Positions 60,143-64,000 of a stretch of 64,000 bases of DNA are shown one piece after another. The stretch spans positions 64,001-128,000 of the forward strand of contig JAFATB010000018.1 in the NCBI GenBank assembly GCA_019244185.1, in the 5' to 3' direction. The notes beneath the pieces were generated by a model. The model was not told where the DNA came from and searched no databases. It was given only the letters and a program-made list of their open reading frames with translations. The position numbers and the translations under genes are program-made. Each line of letters starts with the position of its first letter. The stretch's first letter is position 1. The DNA comes from Acidobacteriota bacterium. Lineage in GTDB: Bacteria; Acidobacteriota; Thermoanaerobaculia; Gp7-AA8.

Positions 60143-61339
60143 CTATTCGCGATACAGCAGGAACTCGTCGCGCACGCGGGCGAACTCGTGCAGGCCGTCT
60201 TCCCACTCGCGCACCCATGAGTCGATGTTGCCGCCGCTCTCGACCAGCTCGCGGTAGCGCGCGCTGCCGGCGAGGAGGTCGATGGCCAGGCGGTCGGACA
60301 CGAACTCGTACGTCTCCGTCCGCCACTTGAATTCGTCGGGGTTCTCGTCGCGCGCGACCTTCACGCACCAGAGGCCCGTGCGGTACGGCTCGAAGAGGCT
60401 GCGGTTGGTGACGTGCAGCTCCACGCCGCCGCACACTTTGCCGGCGTGCTTGTGGAACGTTGGGAGGAAGTAGTGCGGGCGGAAGCGGACGCCGGGGAGT
60501 CCGAGGTGATTGAGGCGCTCGGCGAACTTGAACGCGTCCTTGATCCACGGTGCGCCGAAAAACTCAAACGGGTGCGTCGTGCCGCGGCCTTCGCTGAGGT
60601 TCGTGCCTTCGACGAGGCACATGCCGGGATACACCGTCGCGGTGTAGACCGTCGGCATGTTCGGCGACGGGATCACCCAAGGCAGTCCCGTGTCGCCCCA
60701 CCACATCGAACGGCTCCAGCCCTTCATCGGCACGACGGTCAGATTGCACTCGAGCTTGTGCACGTCGCGGTAGTAGCGCGCGAACCAGCGTGCCAGCTCG
60801 CCCGCGGTCATGCCGTGGCGCGTCGGCAGCGGGAACATGCCGACGAAGCTCGAATACTTTTCCTCGCGGATGTTGCCCTCGAGGTGGATGCCGTCGATCG
60901 GATTCGGACGATCGAGCACGATCACCTCGAGTCCGAGCGCGGCCGCCTCGCGCATGCAGAGCGCCATCGTGTAGATGAAGGTGTAGTAGCGCGAGCCGAT
61001 GTCCTGGAGGTCGATGACGAGCGCGTCGAGGTTGCGCAGCACCTCGCGGCGCGGCGCGAGGTCAGATTCGTTTTTTCCGTACAGTGAATAGACGGGGAGG
61101 CCGGTCAGCGGGTCGGTCGAGTGATCGACGTGCGCCATGTCCTGTGCCTCGCCCCAGATGCCGTGCTCGGGGCCGAAAAGCGCGGTGAGCTTCCAGCCGC
61201 GGCCCGCGTGCAGCAGCTTCACGGCATGCTGCAGGTCGTGCGTGACGGCGCTTTGATTCGAGACCAGGCCGATGCGCTTGCCTTGAATGCGCCGCGGTTC
61301 CTGATGGATGAGCACTTCGAGTCCGGGTAAGACGTTCAT
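60143..61339 (-). CDS. DUF1343/NamZ-like exo-beta-N-acetylmuramidase
   Basis: GPEHG, DLQDIGSRYYTF, DRPNP, RHGMTAGE, PSPN, SEGRGT. Confidence 0.9.
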   Translation of the reverse strand: MNVLPGLEVLIHQEPRRIQGKRIGLVSNQSAVTHDLQHAVKLLHAGRGWKLTALFGPEHGIWGEAQDMAHVDHSTDPLTGLPVYSLYGKNESDLAPRREVLRNLDALVIDLQDIGSRYYTFIYTMALCMREAAALGLEVIVLDRPNPIDGIHLEGNIREEKYSSFVGMFPLPTRHGMTAGELARWFARYYRDVHKLECNLTVVPMKGWSRSMWWGDTGLPWVIPSPNMPTVYTATVYPGMCLVEGTNLSEGRGTTHPFEFFGAPWIKDAFKFAERLNHLGLPGVRFRPHYFLPTFHKHAGKVCGGVELHVTNRSLFEPYRTGLWCVKVARDENPDEFKWRTETYEFVSDRLAIDLLAGSARYRELVESGGNIDSWVREWEDGLHEFARVRDEFLLYRE

Positions 61340-61824
61340 GCGGGATGCTTCTCTACTTTCTCGCCGCCGAGGAGTTCCAGCGCGTGCGGAAGCAATTGCA
61401 GGACTGCTTCCAGATTCTCGACGGCGCCGCGCGGACTCCCCGGCAGATTGAGAACGAGCGCGTTCCCGCGGGTGGCCGCCTGCGCGCGCGAGAGCGCGGC
61501 CATCGGCGTTTTCTTCCGCGATTCCGCGCGCATCAGCTCGCCGAACCCCGGCACGAGGCGATCGCAGACGCGCATCGTCGCCTCGGGTGTCACGTCGCGG
61601 GCTGCGACGCCGGTGCCGCCGGTCGTGACGACGAGGCGGATGCCGCCGTCGATCGCGTCCGCGATCGCGCGCGCGATCGTCTCGATCTCGTCCGGCACAA
61701 TGACGACGTCCGCGACGTCGTAGCCGTTCGCCACGAGCAGCGCGCGCACCGCGGGGCCGGAGCGGTCCTCGCGCGCGCCGATCGACGCGGCGTCGCTGCA
61801 GGTGATGACCAGCGCGCGAATCAC
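61336..61824 (-). CDS. MogA/MoaB molybdenum cofactor biosynthesis protein
   Basis: SD, D.SG, TTGGTG...DVTPEA, LSR, NLPGSP. Confidence 0.92.
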   Translation of the reverse strand: MIRALVITCSDAASIGAREDRSGPAVRALLVANGYDVADVVIVPDEIETIARAIADAIDGGIRLVVTTGGTGVAARDVTPEATMRVCDRLVPGFGELMRAESRKKTPMAALSRAQAATRGNALVLNLPGSPRGAVENLEAVLQLLPHALELLGGEKVEKHPA

Positions 61825-61863
61825 GCGCGCATTCTACGGCGCGGCATTAAAGTAGCGCCGCCC

Positions 61864-62907
61864 ATGCAGCGCACCGACTTCGCGTACGAGCTGCCCGACT
61901 CGCTGATCGCGCAGGAGCCGCGCGAGCGCGGCCGCTCGCGCATGCTCGTGCTCACGCCCACGGACGGCGCGCCGCGCATCGAGCACGATTCCTTCGCCAG
62001 CTTCCCCGAACGACTCGGCGAACGCGACGTCCTCGTCATCAACGACACGCGCGTCATCCCCGCGCGGCTCTACGCACGGCCGAAGGGGCAGATGCAGAGG
62101 CCGATCGAGTTCCTGCTCACGCGCGAGCGCGAGCCGGGCACGTGGGAGACGTGGTGCCGTCCGGCGAAGCGCGTGAAGCCGGGCGACGTCGTCACGTTCT
62201 CCGACGCGCTGCACGCGGAGGTTCTCGAGAAAGGCGAAGGCATCGTCGTGATCCGCTTCGACGGCGATCTCGACGAGATCGAGCGCCTCGGCGTGCCGCC
62301 GCTGCCGCCGTACATCGCGCGCGAGTCGCCGCGCGCGTCCGACAAAGATGCATATCAAACGGTCTACGCCGCGGCGCGCGGGGCGATCGCCGCGCCGACC
62401 GCGGGCCTGCACTTCACGCGGGAGATCCTCGACGCCATCGCCGCACGCGGCATCGACATCGTGCGCGTGACGCTGCACGTCGGCATCGGCACCTTCAAAC
62501 CGGTGAAGGTCGACCGCATCGACGAGCATCAGATGGACAGCGAGCGTTACGAGATCAGCGCGGACGCCGCGGCGCGACTCAACGTGGCGCTCGACGAACG
62601 GCGGCCGATCGTCGCCGTCGGCACGACCAGCGTGCGCACGCTCGAGAGCGCGATCCGCGCGGGCGACGGCCGCTTCGTCGCCGGCGCGGCCGAGACGTCG
62701 ATCTTCATCACGCCCGGCTTCGCGTTCCAGGCCGTCGACCGCCTGGTCACGAACTTTCATCTGCCGGAGTCGACGCTGCTGATGCTCGTCTCCGCGTTTG
62801 CCGGAATGGATACGATTCGCGCCGCGTACGCCGAGGCGATTCGGGAGAGGTACTTCTTCTACAGCTACGGCGACTGCATGTTCATCAGGAATCGAGGGGA
62901 TCGATGA
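61864..62907 (+). CDS. queA: SAM:tRNA ribosyltransferase-isomerase
   Basis: IAQEP, NDTRVIPAR, PLPPYI, YQTVYA, AAPTAGLHF, VGTTS, TNFHLP, YSYGD. Confidence 0.97.
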   Translation: MQRTDFAYELPDSLIAQEPRERGRSRMLVLTPTDGAPRIEHDSFASFPERLGERDVLVINDTRVIPARLYARPKGQMQRPIEFLLTREREPGTWETWCRPAKRVKPGDVVTFSDALHAEVLEKGEGIVVIRFDGDLDEIERLGVPPLPPYIARESPRASDKDAYQTVYAAARGAIAAPTAGLHFTREILDAIAARGIDIVRVTLHVGIGTFKPVKVDRIDEHQMDSERYEISADAAARLNVALDERRPIVAVGTTSVRTLESAIRAGDGRFVAGAAETSIFITPGFAFQAVDRLVTNFHLPESTLLMLVSAFAGMDTIRAAYAEAIRERYFFYSYGDCMFIRNRGDR

Positions 62908-64000
62908 AACGAATTCTCGCTGCGTTCTTCACGGCCGTTCTGCTGCTTCCGATCGCGTCGGCGCAGACGCCGCCGCCGAACCCGACGCCGAATCCGCCGG
63001 GCGATAAAAAGGCCGAGCCGAAGAAGCCGGAGAAAGCCGAGCAGGAGCCGCGGCCGGTCTCGCAGGAACTGCAGAAGCAGGAGTCGCAGCAGAAGGACGC
63101 GCCGCCGCCCGCGCAGGCCACGCCGGCTCCCGCCGCGGCGGCGACACCCGCGTCGACGCCTGAAAAGAAAGAAGAGAAGTGGGACGTCAACAATCCTCCC
63201 GGCCCGTCGCATGACGTCACCATCGACGTCACTGAAGGCACGTGGCTGAGCGTCGACGTGAGTCCCGACGGCAAGGAGATCGCCTTCGATCTCCTCGGCG
63301 ATCTCTACACGATTCCCATCGGCGGCGGCGAAGCGCACGCGCTCACGAGCGGCGTCGCGTGGGACATGCAGCCGCGCTACTCGCCGAACGGCAAGTGGAT
63401 CGCGTTCACCTCTGACCGCAGCGGCGGCGACAACCTCTGGTTCATGAACCGCGACGGCTCGAATCCGCGGCAGGTCACGAAGGAGTCGTTCCGGCTGCTC
63501 AACTCTCCGTCGTGGTCGCCCGACTCCGAGTACCTCGTCGGCCGCAAGCACTTCACCGCCGAGCGTTCCCTCGGCGCGGGCGAGATGTGGCTCTACCACC
63601 GCACCGGTGGCGACGGCCTGCAACTCACGAAGAAACGCACCGATCAGAAAGACAGCGGCGAGCCCGCGTTCTCACCCGACGGCCGCTACGTTTACTTCAG
63701 CGACGACGTCACGCCGGGGCAAATCTTCGCGTACAACAAAGATCCCAACGGCGAGATCTACGTCATCCAGCGGCTCGATCGCGAGACGGGCGACATCGAT
63801 CGCTACGTCACCGGTCCGGGCGGCTCGATCCGTCCGACGCCGTCGCACGACGGCAAGTCGCTCGCGTTCATCCGCCGCGTGCGCTACAAGTCGACGCTCT
63901 ACATCAAAGACCTCGAGTCGGGACGCGAGACGCCGATCTACGACGGCCTCGATCGCGACATGCAGGAGACGTGGGCGATCCACGGCGTCTATCCGACGAT
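62904..64000 (+). CDS. Exported TolB-like (PD40) beta-propeller protein, probably the N-half of a PD40-amidohydrolase (3'-truncated)
   Basis: MKRILAA signal; EGTWLSVDVSPDG, PRYSPNG, SWSPD, FSPDG repeats; ATGA overlap with queA. Confidence 0.82.
   Translation, partial: MKRILAAFFTAVLLLPIASAQTPPPNPTPNPPGDKKAEPKKPEKAEQEPRPVSQELQKQESQQKDAPPPAQATPAPAAAATPASTPEKKEEKWDVNNPPGPSHDVTIDVTEGTWLSVDVSPDGKEIAFDLLGDLYTIPIGGGEAHALTSGVAWDMQPRYSPNGKWIAFTSDRSGGDNLWFMNRDGSNPRQVTKESFRLLNSPSWSPDSEYLVGRKHFTAERSLGAGEMWLYHRTGGDGLQLTKKRTDQKDSGEPAFSPDGRYVYFSDDVTPGQIFAYNKDPNGEIYVIQRLDRETGDIDRYVTGPGGSIRPTPSHDGKSLAFIRRVRYKSTLYIKDLESGRETPIYDGLDRDMQETWAIHGVYPT

Overview
Very GC-rich (about 70% by eye) bacterial chromosomal window. 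Gene content suggests Acidobacteriota, possibly Thermoanaerobaculia (inference). Core genes: rpsF-rpsR-DUF2232-rplI, ilvE, radC, cobB, two PPIases, mfd, thrS-infC-rpmI-rplT, queA, a MogA/MoaB gene and two tRNA-Val genes. These are interleaved with accessory genes: ABC systems with MarR and GntR regulators, a copper-radical oxidase, a peptidoglycan-salvage cluster, M1/M4/M64 peptidases, a Ser/Thr kinase-STAND-TPR protein and an orphan histidine kinase. The standout, split in the ORF track, is a translationally coupled two-gene module between the tRNA-Val genes. It encodes an exported HMA (CxxC)-thioredoxin (WCGPC) fusion and a predicted outer-membrane beta-barrel whose mature N-terminus has two in-frame UGA codons in CxxC spacing (U-P-A-U) plus a SECIS-like hairpin, so it is a candidate double-selenocysteine metal/redox system. 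Other unannotated signals: a Thr-rich leader-peptide attenuator before thrS, TANNNT boxes 6-7 nt before many SD-less start codons (leaderless mRNAs), a nested four-unit array of the radC 5' end, a 190-bp palindrome, a frameshifted AraC gene, a decayed HsdR-N-like nuclease gene and two small membrane ORFs. No CRISPR array, rRNA, transposase or prophage was seen. All family calls come from motif recognition; no database searches were run.
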